In this document: positions 18,294 to 27,008 of the stretch, piece by piece | Layout of the letters: each line of letters opens with the position of its first letter | Position numbering within the stretch: the first letter of the stretch is position 1 | DNA from: Pseudoalteromonas translucida KMM 520 | Lineage (GTDB): Bacteria; Pseudomonadota; Gammaproteobacteria; Enterobacterales; Alteromonadaceae | Length of the DNA stretch: 32,000 nt | Direction: 5' to 3' | NCBI RefSeq assembly: GCF_001465295.1 | Contig: NZ_CP011034.1 | Location: 660,001 to 692,000 of the forward strand | Position numbers and translations under genes: made by a program | Notes under the pieces: generated by a model | What the model was told of the DNA's origin: nothing | Database searches by the model: none | What the model saw: the letters and a program-made list of their open reading frames with translations, nothing else

Positions 18294-18953
18294 TTACAGT
18301 TGCGCAAAGCTATCTACATATTGGCTTAGGCGCGGTATATCTACTGCTAATAAACCTTGGGTACTTCTTTGTACTAAGCCTTTTTCTACGAGTTCTGTTA
18401 CAACACGTCTGTAAGCGCGCTCAGTGGTTGCAAAACGTTCTGCTTCGGCATTTACCGTAGGGTACGCACGCAGCAGTGTAGGGTTGTTGTTCTCGGCTCT
18501 TAGTAGGCAGTCTTTAGCTATGTTATAGCTCAGTGGCAGCAATAATTTATCTAGGTTTATTTTTTGATTTTCTTGAAATTTAGCCGCTATAGTTTGCGCT
18601 GTGTATAAACTCAATTCAGGTTTTTCAAGTAATAACGCACGCCAATGCTTCAACTCAATTAAATTATAAGTTACATCGCTAAAACAAGTTACTGTATAAA
18701 TGCAGGGGTTATTATTGAGCGCTTCTATTTCACCAATGAGGGTGTTATTGCAATCGAGTTGACCAAGCAGCAGGCGTCGTCCGTTACCTACATCGTAACT
18801 AAACGACACAGTTCCGCTGCGCACAAGTACCAACTTAGTTAAAGGTTGGTCTTGTTGTATTAATATTTCTTTTTTTGATTGCTGATAACTACTACCGGCA
18901 AAGGTAAGTAGCTGATTAACAAGATAACTGGAAAAATGGTATTGAAACATCAA
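18294..18953 (-). CDS. Crp/Fnr-family transcriptional regulator
   Basis: 219 aa with an N-terminal cNMP-binding-like beta-roll (LVLVRSGTVSF ... LIGEIEAL) and a C-terminal HTH (RAYRRVVTELVEKGLV). Confidence 0.75.
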   Translation of the reverse strand: MMFQYHFSSYLVNQLLTFAGSSYQQSKKEILIQQDQPLTKLVLVRSGTVSFSYDVGNGRRLLLGQLDCNNTLIGEIEALNNNPCIYTVTCFSDVTYNLIELKHWRALLLEKPELSLYTAQTIAAKFQENQKINLDKLLLPLSYNIAKDCLLRAENNNPTLLRAYPTVNAEAERFATTERAYRRVVTELVEKGLVQRSTQGLLAVDIPRLSQYVDSFAQL

Positions 18954-19021
18954 TCATACTCTTCGGACAATTGTCCTATTTATTGCACCTTAATGGCGAT
19001 AGCATCAAAGCTCTAAGAAAT

Positions 19022-19042
19022 TATGTTAACTTAATTAACATA
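19022..19042. promoter_or_regulatory. Palindromic operator candidate in the divergent promoter region
   Basis: TATGTTAA-cttaa-TTAACATA has perfect 8-bp arms and lies 69 bp upstream of the Crp/Fnr-family gene start. Confidence 0.4.
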
Positions 19043-19220
19043 TCAGGTGCTACTAATATAATGGGCTGGCACTGTTGGATTAATTATTTAAGCAGTATAG
19101 CTGCTGATAACCAACAGAATTTTAAGCCATTTATAGGTTAACTTTTATTTAGCTGTTACGTTGCTGTACAGATTCAATGTACTAAAGTGCAATGCTAACC
19201 TAAAGCCTAGGAGAGAACAA

Positions 19221-19457
19221 TTGAGTTGGGAATATTTAGGTTATATAGCATCCGCTTTACTGGTTGCATCGTTAACAATGACCGACGTGGTAAAGCTGCG
19301 TTGGTATAATTTATTTGGGTGTATCGCCTTTACTATTTATGGCTTAGCTATTGGTGCAGTACCCGTTGCGTTTACTAACGGCTTACTCGCGTTTGTAAAC
19401 GCGTATCATATTATTAAATTATACCGTAATAAACAGCCAGAAACTAAAAAGGATTAG
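19221..19457 (+). CDS. Small three-TM membrane protein
   Basis: TTG 19221 follows AGGAGA (19209-19214), giving 78 aa with three hydrophobic helices. The longer track ORF (19161) lacks an RBS. Confidence 0.5.
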   Translation: MSWEYLGYIASALLVASLTMTDVVKLRWYNLFGCIAFTIYGLAIGAVPVAFTNGLLAFVNAYHIIKLYRNKQPETKKD

Positions 19458-19475
19458 CCTAAGCTAATCCTTTTT
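19446..19475. terminator. Bidirectional terminator between convergent genes
   Basis: aaaaaggattagc-ctaa-gctaatccttttt: a 13-bp perfect stem that overlaps the stop codon at 19455-19457. Confidence 0.8.
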
Positions 19476-19512
19476 AGGTTTACTCGTATTGAATATAGTT
19501 TATCAATTAATA

Positions 19513-21186
19513 TTATTGCGCAGTTACAGCCTCTTTTTCGTAGCGAAGTTTGCCTGCAATCCATGTTTGTAATACGTTTATTTTATATAGCTCATCAACC
19601 GGTGCTTTAAAATAATCTTTATCTATTAAAATAAAGTCGGCCCACTTTCCTTGCTCTAAACTACCCACTTTAAACTCTTGATGCGCTGCATAAGCACCGC
19701 CTAGGGTAAAAGCACGTAGTGCGTCTTCACGGCTTAATACTTCGCTAGCGCGCCAGCCCTGGGTTGGCTGTTGGTTATGATCCATACGAGTAATTGTTGC
19801 ATACAAGCCATCAAAAGGATTTGCCAGTTCTATTGGGTAGTCAGATCCTGCTGCAATCACTGATCCTTGTTTTAAAAAGGTTTGCCATGCATAAGCACCC
19901 GCTAATTGTTTTTCGCTTAAGCGTTGCTCTGCCATGTGCATATCAGAGGTGGCATGCACTGGTTGCATTGAAGGGATAATTTTTAATGTTTTAAAGCGCT
20001 TAATATCATCAAGCGTTACTATTTGTGCATGCTCCATACGGTTGCGCAGTAAAATTCCGCCGGTTGCTTTAAACACATTTTTATACGCATCTAGTACAAC
20101 GTGGTTAGCTTTGTCGCCAATTGCATGGGTGTTGGCGCTAAAACCGCTTTTAAAACTAAGCGTAAATAACTCTTCTAGTTTTTGCTGGGTTTCGAGCATT
20201 AGGCCATGGTGGTTTTTTCTGTCGGCATAATCCTCAATTAGCGCGGCGCCACGCGAACCTAATGCGCCATCAGCATAAACCTTAACGCTGCGAATAGACA
20301 TAAAGTCGTTGGCATCTTGGTATCGACCTGCTTTTAACATGGTTTTTAAATCAGGACTCGCGCCGCTGAGCATAGCCACAATACGCAGCGGTAAATTACC
20401 TAGCTCACCGCGTTCTTTGTATAATTCCCAAGTGGTTTTATCTATACCCGCATCATGGGTTGAGGTAATCCCTAAACTTAATAAGTGATTACCGGCAGCA
20501 TCTAAAGAGTCACTAATGGTTTGTTTAGATGGTTTTGGCATAAATTGTTTAATTAACGATTCTGCTTTATCTACAAATACACCAGTAGGGTTACCTAATT
20601 CGTCTTTAATAATTTCGCCGCCTTCAGGCGATTGGGTTTTTGTAGTAATACCCGCAAGCTCTAGCGCTTTACTATTTACCCAAATAGCGTGGCCATCAAT
20701 TCTCGACAGTACAATAGGGCGATCGCTCACTACTTTGTCTAAATCGGCAGCGGTTGGAAATTGCTTTTTTTGCCACAGCTCTTGATTCCAGCCACGGCCA
20801 ATAATCCAACCTTGTTTGTTATTTGCAAATACTTTGAGTTTATTAGTAACTTCATCAATAGAAAGCGCACCGCGTAAATCTAATTGAGACAAGTTATTAC
20901 CTAAACCAATAATGTGGCCGTGTGCGTCAATTAAACCTGGTAATAGGGTATTACCATGGGCGTCAATAAGTTTGGCATCAGGAAAGCTATTTTTCAGCGT
21001 ATCGCCGCCAAGTTTAACTACTTTACCGTTTTTTATAACTAACGTAGAAAATTGCTGAACTTCGCCTTTGTACAAAGGCGTATAGCCGTTGGCGTTGTAA
21101 ATAACTTTAGTTTGCGCAACTGCAAGGCTTGAGCCAGCGCAAAGGCAAGCGAGTAGCAAAGGTTTGATTGTTTTTTTGAGTGGCAT
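19513..21186 (-). CDS. Secreted metal-dependent amidohydrolase (YtcJ-like, TIM-barrel fold)
   Basis: 557 aa with signal peptide MPLKKTIKPLLLACLCAGSSLAVAQ. LLPGLIDAHGHI is the amidohydrolase HxH motif; GSDYP and HAIGD motifs are also present. Confidence 0.8.
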   Translation of the reverse strand: MPLKKTIKPLLLACLCAGSSLAVAQTKVIYNANGYTPLYKGEVQQFSTLVIKNGKVVKLGGDTLKNSFPDAKLIDAHGNTLLPGLIDAHGHIIGLGNNLSQLDLRGALSIDEVTNKLKVFANNKQGWIIGRGWNQELWQKKQFPTAADLDKVVSDRPIVLSRIDGHAIWVNSKALELAGITTKTQSPEGGEIIKDELGNPTGVFVDKAESLIKQFMPKPSKQTISDSLDAAGNHLLSLGITSTHDAGIDKTTWELYKERGELGNLPLRIVAMLSGASPDLKTMLKAGRYQDANDFMSIRSVKVYADGALGSRGAALIEDYADRKNHHGLMLETQQKLEELFTLSFKSGFSANTHAIGDKANHVVLDAYKNVFKATGGILLRNRMEHAQIVTLDDIKRFKTLKIIPSMQPVHATSDMHMAEQRLSEKQLAGAYAWQTFLKQGSVIAAGSDYPIELANPFDGLYATITRMDHNQQPTQGWRASEVLSREDALRAFTLGGAYAAHQEFKVGSLEQGKWADFILIDKDYFKAPVDELYKINVLQTWIAGKLRYEKEAVTAQ

Positions 21187-21309
21187 AGTGAGCTTATTTT
21201 TATTGTTAATGGCTTTAACATAACAAACTCACTTTTATAATACCAACTACTTGAGGTGGTTGGTTTAATATTAGTGCAGACTAATCCAGTTAATTTATTG
21301 GTAAATTAA

Positions 21310-21546
21310 CTACTGGCTCGCATAAAGCGTAAATTCGCTTAAAGAAAGGTGGCCGTCTTTGTCTTTATCGTAACTGGCAAAGCGTGACCATAGAGCAGGG
21401 TCGCTGGCTGTTTCTGCTCGGCTTAATAAGCCGTTTTGGTTACGATCAAATTTTTCAAATTGCTTGGCAATGTTATTGCTGCTGGCAAAGCTTGATATGC
21501 TACAAATACTAAGCGCAACGAACGCTATATAGCTTATATTTTTCAT
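21310..21546 (-). CDS. Secreted two-EF-hand Ca-binding protein (paralog D)
   Basis: 78 aa with a signal peptide ending SSFA. Loops are DRNQNGLLSRAE and DKDKDGHLSLSE. It starts 7 nt after the stop of paralog C. Confidence 0.8.
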   Translation of the reverse strand: MKNISYIAFVALSICSISSFASSNNIAKQFEKFDRNQNGLLSRAETASDPALWSRFASYDKDKDGHLSLSEFTLYASQ

Positions 21547-21553
21547 AAATTAC

Positions 21554-21790
21554 TCAGTAGAGGTTATTCGTAAGATAATTTTTAAATTCAACCAATGAAA
21601 TTTTATTATCTTGGTTTTTATCCCATTTGCTAAAATTGTTTAGTAAGTGCGGTTGAGCCTCTAGCTCATGGTGAATTAAATAGCCGCTTTGATCTGTATC
21701 AAGGTGATCAAAGCGTTGCTTTACATCAAGTGCTAATGAATTAAAGCTTAGTAATAATAAGCAACTAACTAAACAAGCGCGTATCTTCAT
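21554..21790 (-). CDS. Secreted two-EF-hand Ca-binding protein (paralog C)
   Basis: ATG 21790 lies 4 nt after AAGGAG. It has a signal peptide ending NSLA. Loops are DTDQSGYLIHHE and DKNQDNKISLVE. Confidence 0.8.
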   Translation of the reverse strand: MKIRACLVSCLLLLSFNSLALDVKQRFDHLDTDQSGYLIHHELEAQPHLLNNFSKWDKNQDNKISLVEFKNYLTNNLY

Positions 21791-21945
21791 GGTGCTCCTT
21801 CGCAAAGCTCATTTTAATATAACTAGTAGTAAAATAAAGTACTTGCCATAATTTAACGCCCAACATTAAATCCATTTACACACTCCCTCAGGGGTTATAG
21901 CAAATACTTTTAGTTAATTTTACAAGACTAAACTTGAATTTAAAC

Positions 21946-22173
21946 TTAAGGCTTAAACGCCTCAAACTCTTTTTTAGAGATCATTTCATCGTTATTTACA
22001 TCTAAATCAGAAAACTGTTTCATTACTTCTTTATCTTTTTTTGCTTCGGTTATAGATATTTTTCCATCCATATTTTTATCTAAAAAAGCAAAACGAGCAT
22101 TAAATGATGAAGCCAGTGCAGTAGCACTAATAACTAAAAACAGTAACGAAAATGCGGCTATAAGCTGTTTCAT
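21946..22173 (-). CDS. Secreted two-EF-hand Ca-binding protein (paralog B)
   Basis: 75 aa, with AAAGGA 7 nt before the ATG and a signal peptide ending ALA. Loops are DKNMDGKISITE and DVNNDEMISKKE. Confidence 0.8.
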   Translation of the reverse strand: MKQLIAAFSLLFLVISATALASSFNARFAFLDKNMDGKISITEAKKDKEVMKQFSDLDVNNDEMISKKEFEAFKP

Positions 22174-22200
22174 AAAACATTCCTTTAGTTACTAAATTAG

Positions 22201-22434
22201 TTACTTAATAAACTGTTTAAACTCATCTAGCGACAACTGACCATTTTGATCAGTATCTATTTGTGAAAAGTTTTCATGAAGTACGGCATCTTCACCGGCT
22301 TCAGCTTCGCTGAGAGTACCGTTACTGTCTTTATCAAGTTCATTAAAAGTAGCTTGTACATCCATTGCCAGCGCGTTAGCGCTCAAAAAGCCTAGCGCAA
22401 CGATTGGCATAATAATTAAAAAGCGATTACTCAT
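22201..22434 (-). CDS. Secreted two-EF-hand Ca-binding protein (paralog A)
   Basis: ATG 22434 lies 6 nt after AAGGAA; the track start at 22440 abuts the RBS. It has a signal peptide ending ALA. Loops are DKDSNGTLSEAE and DTDQNGQLSLDE. Confidence 0.8.
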   Translation of the reverse strand: MSNRFLIIMPIVALGFLSANALAMDVQATFNELDKDSNGTLSEAEAGEDAVLHENFSQIDTDQNGQLSLDEFKQFIK

Positions 22435-22471
22435 GATCATTTCCTTATAAGATAAACTTAAGTTTAACTAT

Positions 22472-22487
22472 TACAAAAACGATGCCA
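22472..22487 (-). promoter_or_regulatory. Candidate sigma54 (-24/-12) promoter facing the EF-hand genes
   Basis: The minus strand reads TGGCAT-CGTTT-TTGTA against consensus TGGCAC-N5-TTGCA. The GG-to-G spacing is correct and -12 is GT instead of GC. It lies ~38-53 nt upstream of ATG 22434. Confidence 0.45.
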
Positions 22488-22745
22488 ACAATTTTTATTT
22501 TTTAAATTCAGGTGCTTATGGTTTTTGGTGTTGTAGGTTAAGCAAGTTTTACAGATATCTGTGTGCTTTTTGCAACGTAATTTGGCTTATAAATAAAGAA
22601 GCAATACAAATCAAACAGTTGAGTTGTTGCTGTTTGGCAACATGCGGCTTTGCAGTACGAATAACAGATATATAAATTGATTCAGCTAGTGTATAACTTA
22701 AACGCTTAATAATAGGCTGTTTAAAGTTACTAAAGGAAGGATGCA

Positions 22746-24203
22746 ATGCCAGCAGTGATGGCTGAAAAATACAAAGCAATACTTAATTGGCGGCCTAATT
22801 TAATTAGCCAGTTTGTAATGAGTATGCTGCTGTCGTTATTACCCTTATCGTTAGTGGTTATTGTGTTTTTAAATGCGCTTAATAAGCAGTTAGCTGTAAC
22901 TCAGCAAGTTGTTAGTAATAACTACCAAGTAACTAAATCGTTTAATATTTTAAAACAAGAACTCAATAGTTTAGAGCGCGCTACTCGGCAAAATTGGGTA
23001 CTAAAAAGTGAGTCACTCGATACGCTCATAGTTGATAAGTGGCAAGCATCGCTACAAAGTATTGAAGATCTTACACGTATAGCGCCCAGTAAAAGCCACA
23101 CCGCACAATGGCAGCGTTTAACTAATACTCTGCAACTAGCACACACTCAACTTGTTGAGCAAAAGCAACAACAGGTAGCCTTGTTTTTACCTATTAGCGA
23201 TTTACTCGCCGAACTTACCTTATGGTTACGCGATAAAAGCGAAACCCAAATTACTAATAACCAAAAAGAAATAGCGCAGTTACAAGCTTCATTTATTAAC
23301 TGGCTGGTGGCGTTAATTCCGCTAACACTGTTGGTAGGAGGCGGGTTTTTGTGGCGTATAAGTGGCCGCTTAAAAAGCCTAACTAAAATTATTGGTAAAT
23401 TAGGGCAAGGTGACTGGCAGCAAAAAATAGCCGTACAAGGCTCAGCAGAGCTAGTTGAATTAGGTAATAAATTACAATGGGTGCAAGCTCAGTTACATAT
23501 ACTGGAGCAGCAAAAAGACACCTTTTTACGCCACGTTACCCACGAACTTAAAACACCTCTAGCCTCAATGGTCGAGGGCACCGACCTACTCAGCGATGAA
23601 ATAGTTGGCCCTATAACTAAAGAGCAACGCGCTGTACTTGAGCTCATTAGCCAGTCTATGGTGCGCCTTCGTACTATGATTGACAGCTTACTTAGTTATA
23701 ACGCGATTCGTACCAGTAAAGACAGCGTAAGTGAGGTTGAGTTTAATCATTTAATTAATAAAATTAATAGTCATTTTGAGCACCGCCTAACAGCTCGAGA
23801 GCAAACCCTTATTTGGCATAACAATTTATCTAATAAGGCGCTTGCATTACCTGGGGAGTTAATTGAAATGATTTTAGTGCAATTAATTTCTAATGGCTTA
23901 AAGTTTTCACAACACGGGCAGGCAGTATCTATAGCGTTAACCCTTGAGCACAGTAAGCTAAAAATGGCGATAAGCGACGAGGGATGCGGTATTAAAGAGC
24001 ATGAAAAAGCACATGTTTTTAGCGCATTTTATCAAGGAAAGCATAGTAAAAATGTTACGCTACAAGGCAGTGGCTTAGGCTTAACTATTGTTAAAGAGTC
24101 AGTAGAGCAATTAAACGGACAATTATTAATAGAGCAGAATGAACCCCAAGGTTGTCGATTTTTAATTACGCTTCCCATAACAACAAATCAAGGAGTTAAC
24201 TAG
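22746..24203 (+). CDS. glrK: Sensor histidine kinase, GlrK/QseE type
   Basis: 485 aa with two TM segments and a HAMP domain. H-box region FLRHVTHELKTPLASMVEGTDLLSDEIVGPITKEQRAVL is nearly colinear with E. coli GlrK. The GSGLGLTIV G-box is present. Confidence 0.85.
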   Translation: MPAVMAEKYKAILNWRPNLISQFVMSMLLSLLPLSLVVIVFLNALNKQLAVTQQVVSNNYQVTKSFNILKQELNSLERATRQNWVLKSESLDTLIVDKWQASLQSIEDLTRIAPSKSHTAQWQRLTNTLQLAHTQLVEQKQQQVALFLPISDLLAELTLWLRDKSETQITNNQKEIAQLQASFINWLVALIPLTLLVGGGFLWRISGRLKSLTKIIGKLGQGDWQQKIAVQGSAELVELGNKLQWVQAQLHILEQQKDTFLRHVTHELKTPLASMVEGTDLLSDEIVGPITKEQRAVLELISQSMVRLRTMIDSLLSYNAIRTSKDSVSEVEFNHLINKINSHFEHRLTAREQTLIWHNNLSNKALALPGELIEMILVQLISNGLKFSQHGQAVSIALTLEHSKLKMAISDEGCGIKEHEKAHVFSAFYQGKHSKNVTLQGSGLGLTIVKESVEQLNGQLLIEQNEPQGCRFLITLPITTNQGVN

Positions 24204-24204
24204 C

Positions 24205-24747
24205 ATGACCTCGCGTTTAATGGCTATTTTATGTGTGTGTGGCAGTGCCATCATTTTATCGGGGTGCAAAACTAATAACGCCCAACAGCAAGTGGTTGCT
24301 AGCCCTGTGGCGCAAACTCAAACTAAAGTAATGAGCGATAAAAACAGCCAGCCAAGCCCAAAGCCTCGGCCTAAAAGTGATCCTATGTATCCCCCTGCGG
24401 AGCAAGTAATAGCCTGGCATGCTAATAAATGTGGTGGTTTTAAGTTAACCCCAGATAACAAAGATTTTGTTGGTGAAAAAGAACTAAAAAGCTTTTTTCA
24501 ATTTATGTGTTTAAACACCAGTAGCGATCCTAATACGGTAATGAGTAAGTTACTTAAACTTGACCAAGCTTACTATTGGCCAGACGATATAAAACAGTAT
24601 TTATGGCTACAAAAACAACAAGTAACCTTACAAATAAACGCTAAAAAAGAGCAGCAAGCACTTAATAATAAAATGCAACAAACGCTCTCGTCATTAGCAA
24701 CCATAGAGCAGCAACTGTTATTACGCGAAGAAACTAAGGAGCAGTAG
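24205..24747 (+). CDS. Lipoprotein encoded between the kinase and regulator genes (QseG/YfhG position)
   Basis: 180 aa with lipobox ILSGC and a Gln-rich C-terminal helix. It starts 1 nt after the kinase stop and ends 2 nt before the regulator start. Confidence 0.7.
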   Translation: MTSRLMAILCVCGSAIILSGCKTNNAQQQVVASPVAQTQTKVMSDKNSQPSPKPRPKSDPMYPPAEQVIAWHANKCGGFKLTPDNKDFVGEKELKSFFQFMCLNTSSDPNTVMSKLLKLDQAYYWPDDIKQYLWLQKQQVTLQINAKKEQQALNNKMQQTLSSLATIEQQLLLREETKEQ

Positions 24748-24749
24748 TT

Positions 24750-26099
24750 ATGCCAGCAATAAAACCGCAAGGTGCAAAAGTATTATTAGTGGATGACGAT
24801 GCCAGCTTATTAAAATTGCTCGCTATTCGTATCGAATCAAAAGGCTACGAGGTTACCACCTGTGAGAGCGGCCTAACTGCGTTACAAATATTAAAAAGCC
24901 AAGTGTTCGATGCCGTAGTAACCGACCTGCGCATGGACGAAATGGATGGCATGGCACTGCATCGCCAATTACAAAGCCGCTATCCGGCATTGCCCGTTAT
25001 AATGATGACAGCGCATGGCTCTATTCCTGATGCGGTAGAGGCTACTAAACAAGGCATTTTTGCATTTATTACTAAACCAATAGATAAAGACGAGTTATTC
25101 GACAGCTTAGCAAAAGCGATAGAAATACACGGCGTAAATGCCGATGAAATAATACCCACTAGCAATATAGTTACCCGTAGCGGCGCTATGCTACATTTGC
25201 TAGAGCAAGTTAAACTGTTAGGGCCAACGCAAGTTAACGTATTAATATCGGGAGCCAGCGGCACAGGTAAAGAATTATTAGCTCAAGCTATTCATCAGCA
25301 TAGCCATGTAAGTAAAGGCCCATTTGTAGCGATAAACTGCGGCGCAGTACCGGGTGAACTGCTAGAGTCAGAATTGTTTGGTCATAAAAAAGGCTCGTTT
25401 ACCGGCGCAATAAAAGATCACCAAGGATTGTTTCAACAAGCAGAGGGGGGCACCTTATTTTTAGATGAAATAGGTGATATGCCGCTTAATTTACAAGTAA
25501 AGTTACTGCGCGTACTGCAAGAAAAAACTATACGTCCAGTCGGCTTTCAAGAAGAAATAGCCATAGATGTTCGCATTGTATCGGCAACCCATAAAAACCT
25601 CCCTGAGGCGATTATAAACCAGCAGTTTAGAGAGGATTTATACTACCGTTTAAACGTGGTTAATTTAAAACTCCCCCCTTTGTGCGAGCGTCGCGAAGAT
25701 ATAAGTCTACTTGCACAATACTTTAGCGCCAGTATTGCAAAGCGAATGAAGCAAAGCGAAAAACACTTTGCCAACGACGCTATGCATGCACTCGTGCGTT
25801 ACGACTGGCCAGGTAATATTCGCCAACTTCAAAACGTGGTAGAGCAAGTTGTAGCACTTACCCCAAGTGAGGTTATTTCAGAGCATTTAGTGCTAAGTGC
25901 ATTAAATAGCAACGAAAAAAATGTAGAGCCATTATCGTTAAACGATGCTAAAAAAGAGTTTGAACGCGACTACGTAATAAACACCCTTAAAATGGCTGGT
26001 GGAAATGTCGCCGAAGGCGCAAAACTAGCTAAACGTAACCGTTCAGATTTTTATAAACTGATTAAAAAGCACAATATAGATGTTGATAATTTAGCTTAA
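24750..26099 (+). CDS. glrR: Sigma54-dependent response regulator, GlrR/QseF type
   Basis: 449 aa. Receiver motifs [11 protein letters not shown] and [19 protein letters not shown] match E. coli GlrR. The AAA+ domain has Walker [15 protein letters not shown] (the GAFTGA loop) and ESELFGH. A C-terminal Fis-type HTH is present. Confidence 0.9.
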   Translation: MPAIKPQGAKVLLVDDDASLLKLLAIRIESKGYEVTTCESGLTALQILKSQVFDAVVTDLRMDEMDGMALHRQLQSRYPALPVIMMTAHGSIPDAVEATKQGIFAFITKPIDKDELFDSLAKAIEIHGVNADEIIPTSNIVTRSGAMLHLLEQVKLLGPTQVNVLISGASGTGKELLAQAIHQHSHVSKGPFVAINCGAVPGELLESELFGHKKGSFTGAIKDHQGLFQQAEGGTLFLDEIGDMPLNLQVKLLRVLQEKTIRPVGFQEEIAIDVRIVSATHKNLPEAIINQQFREDLYYRLNVVNLKLPPLCERREDISLLAQYFSASIAKRMKQSEKHFANDAMHALVRYDWPGNIRQLQNVVEQVVALTPSEVISEHLVLSALNSNEKNVEPLSLNDAKKEFERDYVINTLKMAGGNVAEGAKLAKRNRSDFYKLIKKHNIDVDNLA

Positions 26100-26123
26100 A
26101 TAACCAATTTATAGGAACTAAAC

Positions 26124-26624
26124 ATGCAGTTATTTATGGTGTATTTAGGTGGGCGAATTCAAGGCTGCCATATAGAAATGCACGACATTCGTTTTGTAGT
26201 AGGGCAAAACATTGAGCAAACCTATACTAAATTAAAAAGCCAATGGGTGGGCGACAAAAACAGCGTGCATATGGATAGCTACATGGCAATTAACCACATA
26301 GATGGTTATCAGGTTACAGTATGCGACACGCCTGTTGAGCAAACTAAACAGCTTTATTTTGTTAATTTAGGCGCCTACAGAAGCGACTTAATGGCCGAGC
26401 AACACGACTTTGCACTGTATGTGGCAAGCAGTAGTCAAGAGGCCAAACAGCGTGCTAAAAACGATTTACTCGCTGGCCTTAGCCATATTCATAAAGATGA
26501 TTTACACGACGTAGATGATTGTTTTGCAATAGATTTACTCGACAGCCAGCTTAGTATAAAACTGACCCCAAGTGGGCAAGCACAAAAAATCAAACCAGAT
26601 TGGTTTGGTTATCATGTACTTTAA
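26124..26624 (+). CDS. DUF1543-like protein (two repeats)
   Basis: 166 aa. MQLFMVYLGGRIQGCHIEMHDIRFVVG and a second QLYFVNLGAYR...EQHDF unit resemble the DUF1543 signature as I recall it. The gene starts 24 nt after the glrR stop. Confidence 0.6.
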   Translation: MQLFMVYLGGRIQGCHIEMHDIRFVVGQNIEQTYTKLKSQWVGDKNSVHMDSYMAINHIDGYQVTVCDTPVEQTKQLYFVNLGAYRSDLMAEQHDFALYVASSSQEAKQRAKNDLLAGLSHIHKDDLHDVDDCFAIDLLDSQLSIKLTPSGQAQKIKPDWFGYHVL

Positions 26625-26639
26625 ACACATAACGCAGGG

Positions 26640-26867
26640 TTAAGAATCCTGCTCGTTTTGTTCTTCTTTTTCGCTTTTAGCCGCCATTTTAAATGCTACA
26701 ACCACTAAGCCAAACATTGCAAATGGCAGCGCTGCTAACATGTATTCAATCATGTTACTGTCTTGATAATCTGCTTGCATAAAAAAGTGTCCCACCACAC
26801 ACATTAAAATAACCACCAGTAATATAGGCAGTAGCATGAGTTCTTTTTTTGCAGAATGGTTTTTCAT
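26640..26867 (-). CDS. Small two-TM membrane protein with acidic tail
   Basis: 75 aa with two hydrophobic helices. No clear Shine-Dalgarno sequence. Confidence 0.4.
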   Translation of the reverse strand: MKNHSAKKELMLLPILLVVILMCVVGHFFMQADYQDSNMIEYMLAALPFAMFGLVVVAFKMAAKSEKEEQNEQDS

Positions 26868-27008
26868 TGTTGTTATGACTTTAGCTAAAAATAAAGCGCT
26901 ATTGTAATGAGCAAGTTAGCGGTAGGTCAAACTACTCAGACTTTTAATATGGTTTTGGGTATAATTAGACCATTAATTGCAGTTTTGGTATTTGTTTTTG
27001 GAGGTTAA

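Noticed and set aside
22441-22745. glmY-like sRNA gene or plus-strand sigma54 promoter upstream of glrK
   Set aside because: The plus-strand TGGCAA...TTGCA at 22635-22653 has 9 nt instead of 5 nt between its elements. Other GG..GC pairs are out of register. There is no terminator hairpin with a U-tract in the spacer, and the E. coli GlrR site TGTC-N10-GACA is absent.
22549-22779. 76-aa minus-strand ORF in the glrK upstream region
   Set aside because: It overlaps the glrK start codon and RBS, has no RBS of its own and has a hydrophobic low-complexity translation. It also covers the region better explained as the divergent regulatory spacer.
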